Positions 36,106 to 49,240 of a DNA stretch of 64,000 nucleotides are shown here, piece after piece (the first letter of the stretch is position 1; each line of letters starts with the position of its first letter). The position numbers and the translations under genes are program-made. The notes beneath the pieces are model-generated. The model searched no databases. It had not been told where the DNA came from and saw only the letters and a program-made list of their open reading frames with translations. The stretch covers positions 4,071,298 to 4,135,297 of the forward strand of contig MU054575.1 in assembly GCA_013239625.1 (NCBI GenBank), in the 5' to 3' direction. The DNA is from Lama guanicoe. Its lineage: Eukaryota.

Positions 36106-39100
36106 TGCATTTCCCCCAGGGCTCTGGAGACAGAACACACCACAGGCCTCCCTGCAGGTTTTTCGGGGCAGGTGGGAAGAGGGTGACCCGGGCATGCCCT
36201 TAAAGGTTGGTCACAGGCATTGCCAGCCTGGCTTCCCCTCCCCTAGCCAGCACCCCGAAGTTTCACTACAGGTGGGTCTCTCCTCTGGCTGGGGCATGAT
36301 CCAGGAAAAGTGATGGAACTTTCCATCTGTAAAGTGTTTAAAGCAGGGTCTGGCACATAGTTGGTGCTGTCGTATGTGAGTGATTCTTATTTAACCAGCG
36401 CTGATGACCCCTGTGCCCAAGTACCTGGAGACCCTGAGCCCTTGAGGTCAAAGTCTCCCATGTGGGCTGTCTCCCACTGCCTAGAATGGGAGGCAGGCAG
36501 GAGGATATGGGGGATAAGAGCCACAACGGTGGTGGGGACAGGCAGGGGATGGGAGCTGGAGAGAGGCTCCTCACCTAGGTTGGGGGTGGTGGTCAGGAAA
36601 CCCTTCTGAGAAGAGGGGCCAGAGTCTTGAGGGAAAAGTGAGACACAGATGCAGGGCAGGGAAAACTTGATTTAAACTGAGGGAACAGCACAAGCAACGT
36701 GTGGAGGCAAGAGAGGTGGGTCCCTGTGACGGAGGGTGAGGTTGGGTTGGGGAGCCAATGCCGGGGGTGAGGCTGAGGGTTCAATAAGGCCTGGTTAGTG
36801 GAGCACTTTGGCAAGGAATAAATACAGAATTGGACTGGAAACTGTCACCTGACTCCCTGTTAGTAGCCAGAATTGAAATATGTATTTTTCAAATGGGCAC
36901 ACGGACCTCCCCAGATCCTGGACTGTTTTTACTGAAGCTCAAGAAATGGGGGGCAGAAGTCTTTGGGTTTCACCCCCACCCACACACACAGATCATGATG
37001 TCATTCTCCATGGAGTTCAAAGCCAGACGGGTGAAAAACCACCCTCAGTCCTCTTTGAACCTCACTGTGGTCCAAAGAGGCAGCCCCCCTCTGCACAGAG
37101 GCAAGCCAAGACCCCTGACTCCTATTCCAAGCTCACCCAGGGCCACAGTCAGCAGACTGAAGCCTCACCAGGCTGGAGGGAGCACCCCAGGACATCCCCA
37201 CCCTTCAGATGCCCCTTTCTCTTGGAAACCGCCAAAGGGCTGGGCAGTGACTTGTCACCGGGCTGGGTGTGTAGCTACTGAGTAGGGCTCCCCGCCCCAA
37301 GGAGTGGTGGGGAGGAACCCCATCCCCCAAGGATCAGCTGTCAGCCTTGTCATCCCTTATTCTCCCCAGTACTGCTGTCATCAGGCTTTGGGTGGCAAGG
37401 CTGGGAGGCAGGTGTGGCCTAGGGGCGGAAGGAGCTGAGAGTCAAGCAGAGGCTTTTGGCCTTGGTTGCTATAGGGATAATCACTTTAATGACACTGCTG
37501 ATGTGTGTCATGCTTCACAGTTTCACTGAACATTTCCTAATAAGAACAGTGCCCATTAATGGATTGCTAACTGCATGGAGGCATTGTCCCCTAGCAGGTG
37601 GGAATTGTTAGCCCATTTCACAGATGAGGAACTTGAGGCCCATAGAGGTTAAAGTTCTCATCTAAGATCCATAGCTAGCAAGAGGCAGAACTCTAATTTG
37701 AACCCAGGTCTGGCCACAAAGCTGGTCTCTCTCCCAACACCACACCCTACATGCATTATTTGACTGTGAGCTGGGCAGAGCAGGTGACCTGTCCCCCGGT
37801 CTACAGATTTGGAAGCTGAGGCTCAGAGAAAGACATTGGCTTGTGTCAGGCTAGCAAGACACAGAACCAGGATCTCAATCCAGGTCTCCTGATGTTAACC
37901 CAGCCTCACTCCCATGCTACTCTCCTGCTTCTGCAAGGAGATTTGTCACTGGGCCCGGGAAATCTGCCCTGGTTGGCATGGAATTTTTCCAAATCTCAGA
38001 CATTCCTGGGCCCTGGACGGCACTGTTTTCCTGGAGTTTATTTTAGAGTGGGGAGGTGCCCGGGTTACTGTCTGCCTGGCCAGAGTCCTGTTTACTGTTT
38101 TCTGTGGCTGCCGTTCACCACCAGCTTGGGGTGACTCAGCCCCTTGAGGCCCCATCAGTCCCAAGCCCAGAGTCCTTCTGCAACTTGCTCGACAGGTCAC
38201 TGCCCCACAACAGCGGAGGTGGCCAGGCCGGCCCTTGGCCTGATGGCCTGACATGGAATCCCCTCCTTCAGATGCATGTGGTCAGGCAGGATCTTTCAGC
38301 CTCCAGTCCAGCCTTGAGCACCTCAAGGGCAGGGACCAAGGCCCACAAGTCTCTGTATCCCTAGACAGGAGTGCTGGCCCCAGGCTGGCACTCTGCTGTG
38401 GCTCAGGATGTTATGTCCAGTTGACTGCCTGGCTGGACAAACAGGGGAAAGGAAGGAAAATGAGGGAGCGAGGGAAAGGGGAAGGAAGGAAGACCGGCTG
38501 ACTTGAAAGAATAAACAAACTGAAGAAATGAATCAAGTGGCACGGATGAACGAATTCAGCGCATGACCTGAGTGTGGGGTCAGCAGGCAGGTGATCACTA
38601 TCCAGCCTCCATCTGCTCCAAGGCTCCCCTGGCCTTGGTCCCTCAGCCCCATTTTCTGACATCTCACCCCTATCCTCCCTGTGGCAGAGAATCCCCTGCT
38701 GTCCAGCCGAGTCTCTGCTGCCCCCATGTGGCCGCTCGGCTCCCTGTACTGTCTTCACCAAGGGCTGCTGACTCTGCCTGGGGTTCTTGGCTTGGGGCGT
38801 GGGGTCTTTACCAGTGGTTGAAGGTGGGGGAAGTGGGTGCCAGAGGGGGTGTAACTTTGGAGGTTCGGTCCTGCCACTTGGGATGCCTTGGCCGGGGACA
38901 CAGACCCTTTGCTCCTCAGGCCTCTCGATGTCCCCTCCCCTCCATCCCAAACACCAGGTCCCAAAAGCTCCAGAACTCCTCCACCTAAAGCCTGGACCTC
39001 AGGGTTACTGAGCACCCACTGTGTGCCAGACGCTTGGCATGGGTCTGTTCATTCTGTCCTATAAAGTGTGTATAATTCTTATCCTCCTCTGAGAAATAAA

Positions 39101-41140
39101 CTGAGTCCCAAAGGGGACATAATTTGCCTGAGATCCCACAGCTGAGAAGTAGAGGTTTGTGTGCCTTTGGAGGCCTTCTTGACCAATACACTCATCCTTC
39201 TGATGGGGAAACTGAGGCTCTTGAGCGAAAGGAACCTGTCACACAGCAAGTAAGCAGCAGACCTAGGCTATGGCAGGTGGAACCCAGGAGGGCTTCTTGT
39301 CCCAAATGTCCTCCTGTCTGGCCTCCCTCAGACCAGGTCAACTCCAGCTGCCATTTAATTGGAGATCAGTTCTGGGGTCGCAGGCCTTCTGTCCCTCCCT
39401 CACCACTACTGACTGTTCTGGGTGGGATGGGAAGTTTGATAATGGGGTGGGAGTGGGTGGAGAGGGAGGGAGCCCTGTGGCCGTCCTAGTGTTTGTTTAG
39501 CTTTTTGGTCTGTCCGTGCAGGTGTCTGCAGGCATAGACGGCCAGGCAGGAGAGGCAGTGAGGATTTGAACTGCTGTCACCTGTGGCTGCTGCCGTGGCT
39601 CATCCTGCTCCTCCCACGTGCCAGGGGGCCCAGCCACTGTTGCTGCTCAGGACAGTGACCTCCACACCTGTCCTTGTAGGTGGGACTCAGCCTACCCCTG
39701 AAGGCTCTGAGACAGAAGGGGCCTGAGGCCCTCAAGGCAGGCCCACAGGCCAAGGGCTGGAGGAGAGGGGAAGAGTAGGGTGGGAACGGAGAAAGAGGCA
39801 GGAAGAGATGGGGGTACCTTGGTTTGGGCCCTGTGAAATGAACCTAAAACCTAAAGGCAGGTCAGACTGCTCCTTGTTGCCCAAGTGCAGCGCTGGCTGA
39901 TTTCCCTTGTCATTGCTTCCAAAGCTGCTCAGAGTGGCCCCTCTCTCCCTCCCTCCAACCTGCTCCTGCCCAGGACCTCACTGCCAGCAGGCCTAGGACC
40001 TTCAGCCTCACCCTAGACATGAAGCCTCCCCAGCCCAGCTGGCTGTGTGGCTCCCCAGACACATGTGACACCTTTGTATAGGCAGTTTCCCTGTCTGGAG
40101 GTTGCTCTCCCTCCTCTGCATGTACAGTCCTCCCCACACTGCAAGGGTGGTGCTTCCATCTCCTCCAGGAAGTCTTCCCTGGTGTCCACCCTTCTTGGGC
40201 TCTTGCAGTGTTCTGTCTCACTGGTTACGCCTGTCTTCTGGGTATTGGGGATGGGTCTGGGGTTCCACAGAAGTTCTTCAAAGTCAGGCCCCTGGGTACA
40301 GAAGCCCCCTGAGGGGATTCCCAGATCCTCCTCCTCCCATGCTTGCTGTGATCTTCTAGAGCAGGAGAGGGGAAAACTGGAGCAGCCTGGAACCCAGAGG
40401 GGCTTCTCAGCTGCCTCTCAGCCCCACCTTTGCAGGGCTGGGGAAGAGGGCAGTGTGGTTTAATAATTAAGGCATGAGCTCAAGAGCTAGACAGCTTGAG
40501 CTTGAATCCCAGCTCTGAGACTCTCTGGCTGTGTGATCTTGGGCTAGTTACCTAAACTCTCTGAGTTTCAGTTTCCATATCTGCAAAAAAGGGGCTGACA
40601 GGAGTACCTATGTCTCAGTCAGCAGGGTTACAGGGTTGCAGGCTAGGCACCACACTCACTGAACTCACATGGCCCTGCTTCCCCTGAGCCTTTCCTCGGC
40701 TCCCTTTCCCCCTCCTCCCCAACTTTGCACTGGCAAGGTTGGTAAATTGGCCAAGTTTTTGCCCACTCTCGGCCTTGTCTACATGCTGTTCCCTCTGCCA
40801 GGGATGCTTTTGTTTTTGGTCTTATCCACCTCTTTTGGCCTGATCCTTCTTGCCCTGAAGACAGCTCAGTGACACCGCTGGGAAGCCCTGATATTCTGAA
40901 CTGCCATTCTCCCGGCCAGCCCCAGCTGGGGACCCTTCTCAGAGCTTCCCTAGCAGCTGGCACTGGTCCTTGTGATGGTATCCCCACCAGACAGGGGCCC
41001 TCTCCTCCTCCAGGCACCCGGCAGCAGAGGAAGGCATGCTGGCAGCAACCCACACGGAGGCCCGAGTCCCTGATTTCTGGAGATGAAGGTGATTTGGGGC
41101 GAGCATGGCTCCCCAGAAGCCCCCTTCTTCCTGCCCCAGC

Positions 41141-41146
41141 TTTATT
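41141..41146 (-). terminator. Candidate SYT12 polyadenylation signal AATAAA
   Basis: First canonical hexamer I found downstream of the SYT12 stop (about 1.75 kb). Confidence 0.55.
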
Positions 41147-41397
41147 TTGGTTCTAGACTTATTCCAGTCAGCATACTTGGTCCCCACCATGCCCATCCAG
41201 GTGCACAATCAACATTTCATGCAGTTAGAGGGAGAGAGAGAGGGAGGAGGAGGTGGGAAGAAAACTGCCTGCACTGTGGAGCCACTGGGGTAGAAAGAGC
41301 GCCGGCTCTCCCAGGCTGCAGAGGCTCACCAGCTGCATGTCCCCGGGCGTGCAGACCTCCTGATGTGCTGGCCACATGGTGCAGCCTGGCCTCAGGG

Positions 41398-41489
41398 CTG
41401 GCCCGCAGCTGTCAGGTCCTGCCTCCAGTCCCATGACCACCCTGGCCCGCAGCTGTCAGGTCCTGCCTCCAGTCCCATGACCACCCTGG
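41398..41489. repeat. Perfect 44-bp tandem duplication in the probable SYT12 3' UTR
   Basis: CTGGCCCGCAGCTGTCAGGTCCTGCCTCCAGTCCCATGACCACC twice, followed by CTGG. Confidence 0.95.
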
Positions 41490-42899
41490 GCCCCCCAACA
41501 TCACTGGGGACAACTGATTGGGCCTGGGTCTCCACAGTGCACCAGCCTGAGAACCCAGGCTCTCACCAGTGCGCGGCCCCATAGAGCAGACGTTGCTGCA
41601 CCACCTCCCCACCCCTCCATCCCTTTGACCCTAACAGGTTTCTCCTGAGGGCACAGCCCCAATTAACCCCTTGCCTGAGAATCTCAGGGTCTGTTTCTGG
41701 AACTCGACCTAGGGCACCTGGTGTCCTGGGGGTTTGAACCTGTGCTCCAGAGCCACCTCCTTCCCAGTCTGGCAATCAAATCTGCCTCCCCAGCTCCATC
41801 CTGACCCCCCTGAACTTCCCCTCCCTGCCACTGCTCAGGCTGGCCCTTCCTCCAAGGCCCAGCCAAGGGACTCCTGTCCCACCACATCCTCCCGGGTGCC
41901 TGTGCCCACAAAGGCTTCTCCACGCCCCCGGCAGACTGTATTCTGGCTACCCCACTGCCCACCAGCCCCCCCAGAGGCTGAAGCATCTCTCTTCCCGACA
42001 GGGCCTGGGCCGGAGGGACTCCAACAAATGCTGTGGAGCCAATGCCTGACATGTGTGAGACTGAACACAAGGACCTGGGTCTGGGCCTCTTTGGGCCCCT
42101 GGGCCTTATAAGGGTTACAGTTCTAGGGATTAGATTTCGTGGAGATGACTTGGAGCCAGCGTCCCATGTGGCCCGTGGGCCACTGGTTGGCCTGGTCCCT
42201 TGGTCTCACCTCCTGCCTGGAGAGAGGCCCTTGCGTCCACCACAGTAGGCTGAGGACTGTGTTTGTGACAGGGAAGTTCATGCCCCTGCCATGCTGAGGC
42301 TGGGCCACTGGCCTGGGATACACTCAGTCCTCTCCCTGCCCCTCACAGCACAGCTCCCATCTTGTCCTCCCGGCCCCCAGAGCCCTCCCCAGGTCCGCCT
42401 GGTGGGGCCGCCATTCCACACTGAGCAGATCACTGGGGCAGGGGGACCTTGTCTTCCCGACATCCTAGGGGCTGTGTCTTGTTCATGTCACCCCTGCCTG
42501 TGCCTGGCACCGCAGCTGCCCCCCAAGACTCGCCCAGTTTCTGTGCGTGGCCTCCCAACAGGGGTAGGGTGTGGGGAGCTCTGCAAGGCCAAGACCCCCC
42601 GAGGCTGAGGCACAGACCTGTTGGGGATTTCAAAATGGGAGCGTGGTAGGCCTGTGCCTGGCTGCCCTCCCTGGGTCCTGGCCCAGCCACAGCCGGTCCT
42701 CAGTGAGAGAAAACCCTGGGTCCCTGGACATCTAGCCAGGCCTAATCCGCCACTGCAGTCTGGAGAGAGGGACCAAGATAGTGCATGGGGACTCCACTGG
42801 GGGACCCCAGCGTTCACGGCTCCAGCTGGACTATGGAGAAGGGTGTCAGAGCTAAGCTTGTGCCAGGCTCCCATGCCCACCCTGGCCCTACCCCGGCTG

Positions 42900-43073
42900 C
42901 TAGTTTCGCCGGACAGGATGCCACATGGACACGGGCCTGCGCAGCGTGGCCAGCATCTGGTTCCAGTGCGTGGTGCCCATGCCACTGGCTGACGGCCCGA
43001 TGATGACATGGCCCACGTTGTCTCCACGGCCATCACCGCTGCTCTCAGCCACTGTCACACGGAGAGACAGGTC
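42900..43073 (-). CDS. SYT12: SYT12 last coding exon (end of C2B)
   Basis: DLSLRVTVAESSGDGRGDNVGHVIIGPSASGMGTTHWNQMLATLRRPVSMWHPVRRN*. Confidence 0.97.
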   Translation of the reverse strand, partial: DLSLRVTVAESSGDGRGDNVGHVIIGPSASGMGTTHWNQMLATLRRPVSMWHPVRRN

Positions 43074-44426
43074 CTGGAGAGGAAGTGATGCAGGTGCTGG
43101 GGACCAGGGGCAGGGCCAGAGGTTGCCCAGGGCTCCCTGAATTCCCTCCTGGTCTGTCTAACCTCACAGCCTTCTGCTGCCTCCCTGCACAGTGGTGGCA
43201 CTAGGTGGTCCAGGTTCAAATGCCAGCCTTGCCACTTCCTTGCTGTGTGGCCTCGGGCAGTGACTTGGGCTCTTCCTACCTGAGTTTCCTCATCTGTCAA
43301 ATAGTGATAATAATAGTTTCTACATGCTTGGGAACAAAATGAACTAAAAAGTGTAAAGCGCTGAGAATAGTGCGCACACGGTCAGAGCATCATAGATGTC
43401 TCTTGTTATTCCTAATATAATCATATGTTGGACTCATAACTGAGGAGGGGAAAGAACTTGCTTGAGGTTAAAGTGGTGGAGCTGAAACTAGAACCCAGCC
43501 TGACTTCTCTCCACCCGCACCCGCTCCCCCTACCCCCAGCCCCCCTCCCAAGAAGTCTCCCGCCCTCGAAGGCTGTGGGGTCGTGGCCCTAGACGACCCA
43601 GGGGAAGCAGGGGCAGATGGGTGGCCTGTCCCATGAGCACCCAGGACAAGGCAATGACACCCAGGACTAACCAGGGATGCTGGGATGTTTGCCTGGATTA
43701 GGAACACCCAGGGTGACATAGAGTTCTGGGCTTTCAAATGCAGATGGTGTGTCCCAGGAGGGGAAATTAGGGGGGTTCTGGACAGCCCCAGGGCCAAGAG
43801 GCAGCTTTTGGCTCAAGGCACAAAAGGACTTTCCCATGTGGTCAGGAATGCCCAAGGATGGAAGGAGGGAGTGAGGGGAGGTGGTGAGCTCCTCATCCTC
43901 TGAGGCATGCAAGCAGGGCCACCAGTCTGGTGCAGGCCATATCCTCCGCAGTCCTCTCACCCTTGGTCTGGGATATCTGTGCTGGGAGGAGGTCTCCCTG
44001 GCGTACATGGTCAGGGGAGGGTCTGGGGAGCTCATCAGGGCCTCTGCAGGAAGAACTTGGGAGATTAGAGCCAGAGCTCTGGGTCAGCCCTGACTCCTCC
44101 CCAGCCTCTGCAGTTCCTTCCACTGGGAACTGTCTTCCCCCAGATCTCAACTTGGCTACACTCACCTGCAGAGGCCTTCCTGACGGCCAAAGTCCGGCAT
44201 GCTCTTAGTGGACCGGGACTGTCTGGGGGCTTTCCTGCCTGTCTCTTGTAAGCACCCAGGAAGTGGTGCCTGTGTCCCAGGCACTCACCAGAGGGCTGGT
44301 GCCTAATGGGTGCTCAATACCTGCTTCTAGGTGTAATGGCTTGAAGCAAACCATCACTCCCTGCAGGAGCCCTGAGAAGCTAGGCCGGAGGGAGGGAGGG
44401 GGCCCCCACTCCCAGCACCCCCGCAC

Positions 44427-44560
44427 CTGGAGCACAATGGCTGGCACTGAGAAGATCATGGCTTCATTGAACACTGGGTTAGGGTCATCCCTCTTCACAG
44501 CTGTCTTCTTTTTGCTCATCTTCCTCCCATCCTGCAGCAGGTACACCTTGACGAAGGGGT
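44427..44560 (-). CDS. SYT12: SYT12 coding exon 6
   Basis: (D)PFVKVYLLQDGRKMSKKKTAVKRDDPNPVFNEAMIFSVPAIVLQ; AG/GT boundaries. Confidence 0.97.
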
Positions 44561-45471
44561 CTGTGGTGGGGAGGGGGGTGGGGGTGGGGGTGAGGGCAGG
44601 GCCGCACTCACTTGGCAAGGACCTGCCCATCACAGCGGCTCACTGGCTCCCAACTCCCCAGACTCTCCCTATTGTCATCATCTCTGGCAGTCCTGCCATC
44701 AATCCTTCGTTTCTTTCCTATTTTACAGATGAGAAAACTGAGGCTCACATGCGAGTCAGGAGGAGAGCTGGGCTTTGGACTCAGGCAGCCTCCCTCCCAG
44801 CCCTCAAATGATGCTCTGGGGACCTTGGCAGACCTACCGCTTTTCATTGTATAAATGGCCCAAGCGCAGACGTCAGCCCTGAGTCACCCGGCGCCCGCTC
44901 AGTGGAGCCTGACTCAAGGACATGCAGCTCTGGAAAAGTCGCAATCTGCTTGTCACCTACCACCCACTGGGTGTGCCTGCTGCACCTGCCTAGACTCCAG
45001 GTCTCCCCAGGCTCCCAGCAGGTGGGACTCCCGCACTCTTCTGTCGTAAGTTTCCTGGGGCTCAGGCTCTGGCAGAGCTGGGGCATTAGGTCCTGCCTGG
45101 CACCTACATCATCTCAGTGGCCCTGATCCCCATCTGAAATCTAGGATGCAGTCCAACTGCTGGGAAGGGACTTGAATTCCAGGTCTGGAGAGTGGGTGCC
45201 CACTTTGTTTTCATGCCAGTGCCCCAGCCTCCTGATCAGATTCCCATCCCTCCCCGCACAGGGGCTCCCTGGCATCCTCCGTGGTTCCCATGTTTCCCTA
45301 GCTAGATTAATCCTCCCACTGTGCACGGCTCCTGAGCTCAGCCAAAGCTGGGGTGGGGGGAGCCTGGCACTGTGCCCCACACCTGCTGATGCCTCCAGGT
45401 GCCTGGGGCTTAGCAGCTGGGCCACGGCTCCCACGGCACACGGAGGAGCCAGGAGGCCAGCAGGGCCTTAC

Positions 45472-45592
45472 CTGCTGTGGTCTTGTCACTGGTCCAAATG
45501 AGATTCTTGGCTTTCACCACGACCACGGTGAGGCGCTCGGCCGTAGGGAGGTAGCTGAGGGAGAGCAGGATCTCACCCACGGCGTCGGCCAC
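45472..45592 (-). CDS. SYT12: SYT12 coding exon 5 (start of C2B)
   Basis: VADAVGEILLSLSYLPTAERLTVVVVKAKNLIWTSDKTTA; AG/GT boundaries. Confidence 0.97.
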
Positions 45593-46279
45593 CTGGAGGA
45601 CAGGTGGGTGGCTCAGAGGCTTCTGCTCCCTGGACTTGAGGGGGTCAGGGAAAGGCAGAAGCTTCCTTCTCTATTGAGAACTTGCTGCTCTTGGGGCCTC
45701 TGACACCAGGGCATCAGGCTGGTGGAATTGAGAAAGGGACTCCTCCCCCACCCGCTGCACAAGCACCATCCTCCCTCCCATCAGGTGTAGGTCCTGCCTT
45801 GGAAGAAGGGCCAGAGGTTGCCTGTCAAATGTAGCAACAAATGCAATTATGTTCCTTCATTCCAGACCAAAGAAAACAGTCTATGGTAGTAGTTCATAGA
45901 GGTCCAAGTGGACTGGAATTAGGTTATCATTTGTTTAAATAAGTGACGCTCCCCAAGCACTCCTACACTTATAAAGGTAAACGTCAGCTTGGCCTTTGTC
46001 TGAAATAATTCACTTGAGGGCCAGAGAGGCACTTCCCTAACAGACACTCTGTAGGAGCAGAGCTCCTAAAGGTTTGGTGGGAGGAGAAGTAGAAGAGCTG
46101 TCAAGAGTGGTCACGGCGTCTTTCATTTGGAGGCAGTAAACTGCATTTCCTTGAATGTGGCTCAGCTCTCTTTTTCTAATCTCCTAAAGACGTCAGTGCT
46201 CAGGCTGTTGCAGAGAACAGAGGATACCCCCTCTGAGGTGGGACGCTCTCTGCAGGCGTGGGCCGGTGGGCGGGCTTAC

Positions 46280-46495
46280 CTTGTTCTGGTCCTGTAAGTA
46301 AAGCCAGCCGCTGAAGGACTGCAGCGGGAGGTCAAGCACAGAGAGCTTCAGCTCCACCACCCCGGTGCTGACGTTCCGCTCATCCTCATCAATGCCGAAC
46401 ACGGAAAACCGCAGGCTCTTCTCCTCCAGGGCTGCAGGGTCCAGGGGGGTGGAGAACTTCTCGTCGAAGAAGATTGAGTAGGCGTTCCTCTGGAT
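46280..46495 (-). CDS. SYT12: SYT12 coding exon 4 (C2A)
   Basis: IQRNAYSIFFDEKFS..GWLYLQDQNK|GTAAG. Confidence 0.97.
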
Positions 46496-46954
46496 CTGCA
46501 GAGAAAGGGCCGTGGAAGGAGGTCCAAAGCTGGGAAGGAAGTGGCAGCGGATGCCTGTGAGGCCACGGGAGGGAGAGAGCACTGGACGGGAGCCTGGAGA
46601 CCTGGGCTACAGTTCTGGCTCTGTTGTCTCCACACCTCAGTGCCAATCCCTCCTTTGGTGGCTCAGTATTGATGATTTAAAAGTCCCCTGTCCTCTCAGT
46701 GGTGGCCAGTCTAATGCCCTGGCATTCGAAGTTTCCACAGTCTGACCCCAACTAATTCCTGTCCTCAGTGTCCATGGAGGCTCCTCAGAAACCTTGCGAT
46801 GCGCTGGTGGAGCTGGCTGTCTTTCTTGCACATGTCCAGCCCTGGGCCAGGCATGCAGTGAGGAGGGATAACTGTCTGTGGAGGTGAGAGCCATTGATGT
46901 CCCAGCTCCTACAGAGCCTGGCCCAGGACTGTCTGAACATTGTTGAGGAGGAAA

Positions 46955-47081
46955 GGAGGGCATAGCTCAGTGGTAAAGTGCATGCTTAGCATGCACAAGG
47001 TCCTGGGTTCAATCCCCAGCACCTCCATTAAATAAATAAACCTAATTACCTCCCCTGTCCAAGACAAGACAAGAAAAGAAA
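46955..47081 (+). mobile_element. Camelid tRNA-derived SINE (vic-1-like), intact A and B boxes
   Basis: TAGCTCAGTGG ... GGTTCAATCCC, tail AATAAATAAACCTAATTACCTCCCC. Confidence 0.88.
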
Positions 47082-49240
47082 TGCCTGAATTTTGTGGGGT
47101 GGATGGGCCAATGGAGTGACTAGGTGAGGCGGGGCAGACTTTGTTTCTAAGCTCAGTCCTGCCCAGTGGGTACCACTGGCCTCCTCACAGGAAGCTGTAG
47201 GCAGGCCCCCTGGGAAGGTGCACTTGTGGGCACTGGTCCCCTTTCCGTGGGGGGCTGCCTTAGTCACTGGTGATATTTAAAGAGAGGAGCTCTCATCCCT
47301 GGCACCTCGCCTGAAGCTGGGGGGCTGCCCAGCCTGGGGGTAGCCGCCTACTCACTGGGATTGGCTGCGCTGTGATGCTAAGAAGCCTGAATTCTTGGGA
47401 ATAAATCTGTCAGCACCTCCAGATGCCCTGAGCCACACTCTGTGGTCACTGCCGGGGCTGTGGGGTGGCTCTTCTTACATTGCTCCCTGGGAGCCACGTT
47501 CCCACCCAACTGCCTGCTTGAGAATCCTGACCCCAGCATTCAGGCTTTTCATGGCTTTGGTCATAAATCTCCTTCCTCCGGCCAAAACAAGCCTCTTGGC
47601 CATTCCCTGCCCATAGAAACGCAGGCTCCCTGACCATCCATTGTACTTTATGAGCACACAGGTGTAAGAAAATGGGAACCCTGGGGTCAAGTCCTGGATC
47701 TCCTGCTCACTTGCTGGGGTTGTCAGGGGCAAAGCACCCTCCTGAGCCTTAGTTTCCTCATCTGTAAGATGCTATCAATCCACCCTCCTATCTTTGGGGC
47801 TAATGAGGGAACTGCAGTCGCGTTGGGCTCTGTGAACCAGGTTCTCAGCACATATCAGGCTGTGGTGGTTGCTGTCAACATGCACCCTTGAGGGATGTAT
47901 CCAGAACCACTCGAGTCCTCCAGGCAGCCGAGGCCACAGACAGCATGGATCTGGGCTCAACAGAAATGCATCACGGTCCTGACAGTCAGTCCACTGAGCA
48001 CTTACCAAGGACTGGATGAAGGACTTTGTATATATTAATACATCCTCTCCTCAAGCAATATGATGCCCATTTGACAGGTGGGGAAACTGAGTCACAGAGA
48101 GCTTAAGACACCCACCCAAAGTCACACCTCTAGAAAGCAGGAAACTGGGATTTGAACCCAGGCAATCAGGCTCCAGGGTCCTGCTCTTAACCACCCACTG
48201 AGCTGCCTCCCAGAAGCTGGCTGCCCCTTCCTGATGGTCAGTTCCACACCCTTCTAGAGTGAGGGGCGCAGGGTAGGGCAAGAGGGATGACAATCTCCAC
48301 TTCTGAGGAGCAGCCAATTTTTAACACAGGGAATGGAACTCAAAACAGTTCGGTCTCCAAGGAGTCAGAAGGCACTGTTCCTGCAGGTCCTCAGGCTCCT
48401 CTGACTCTGGTCAGAGACTGCACTGGGCTGAGCCTGCCCACTGGTGCCGGGCAGAAGGGTGTCTCATGTAGATTTCGCTTCTCTCGGCAAGGTGGGGGGA
48501 CCATGGATGCGTATCCTGGGGGGGGTGATTGGTGCCTCTCCTTGCCCCCCAACCCCGCTTATTTTCCGCCCTTCCCCCAGCTTTCGGCCCCAGGAGCTGA
48601 CCTCCATGGGCTTCATCAGCAGGCTCCCTTGGCCTCTGGCTTCTGGTGGGGTCAGCCAGTGAGGGTCACTGGAGGGAAACCAGAAGTTGGAGGGAGGTTG
48701 GGGTACTTATTCCCCCAGGACCTTCACTGTAAGACTGCTGCCAGCTGACCGTGTCCCTTGACCAAAGGGCAGAGTGCCTGTCGAGGTGGCCCCCTCCACA
48801 CACTTGACTCTGTTTGGGTAACCTCTCCTTCCCCTCCTCCCCTCAGACCAGGGTACATGCCATCCCTGAGGTCACCATACACCCCACCAGCAGCATTATA
48901 AAGTCCTGTTATTAAGCTTTCCCCCGTTAGCCAACATGAACCTGTCATCCCTTCCCTGCCAGGACCCCAAGTTGACAGGGGACTGGTGTGAAAATGGGCA
49001 ATGACCACACACTGGACTCGTGTGGCAGGACTGGTGAGAACTGTGCCGGTGGAGTCCCCAAACTCCCGGTTCTGTCCTCCCTAAGCCTGCACCTTCAGCT
49101 CTGGGATCAACACCTGCTCTCTAGCGCCTTCCTCACATCCAGCCTGGCCCTGCACCCTGCCTGCCTGGAAAGGACTCCTGAGAGCCCTGGGGCACACTTC
49201 CGCCCTGCCCCCATCTCTGCCCCACCCCCACCCCACTTAC

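Noticed and set aside
44561-44615. Cryptic donor AA|GTGAGT just upstream of a SYT12 acceptor
   Set aside because: It would define an intron of only ~50 nt, below the usual mammalian minimum.
46955-47030. tRNA-like sequences (also near 9195, 17549, 19772, 62432)
   Set aside because: They have SINE tails, TSDs and divergent stems, so they are SINE heads, not tRNA genes.
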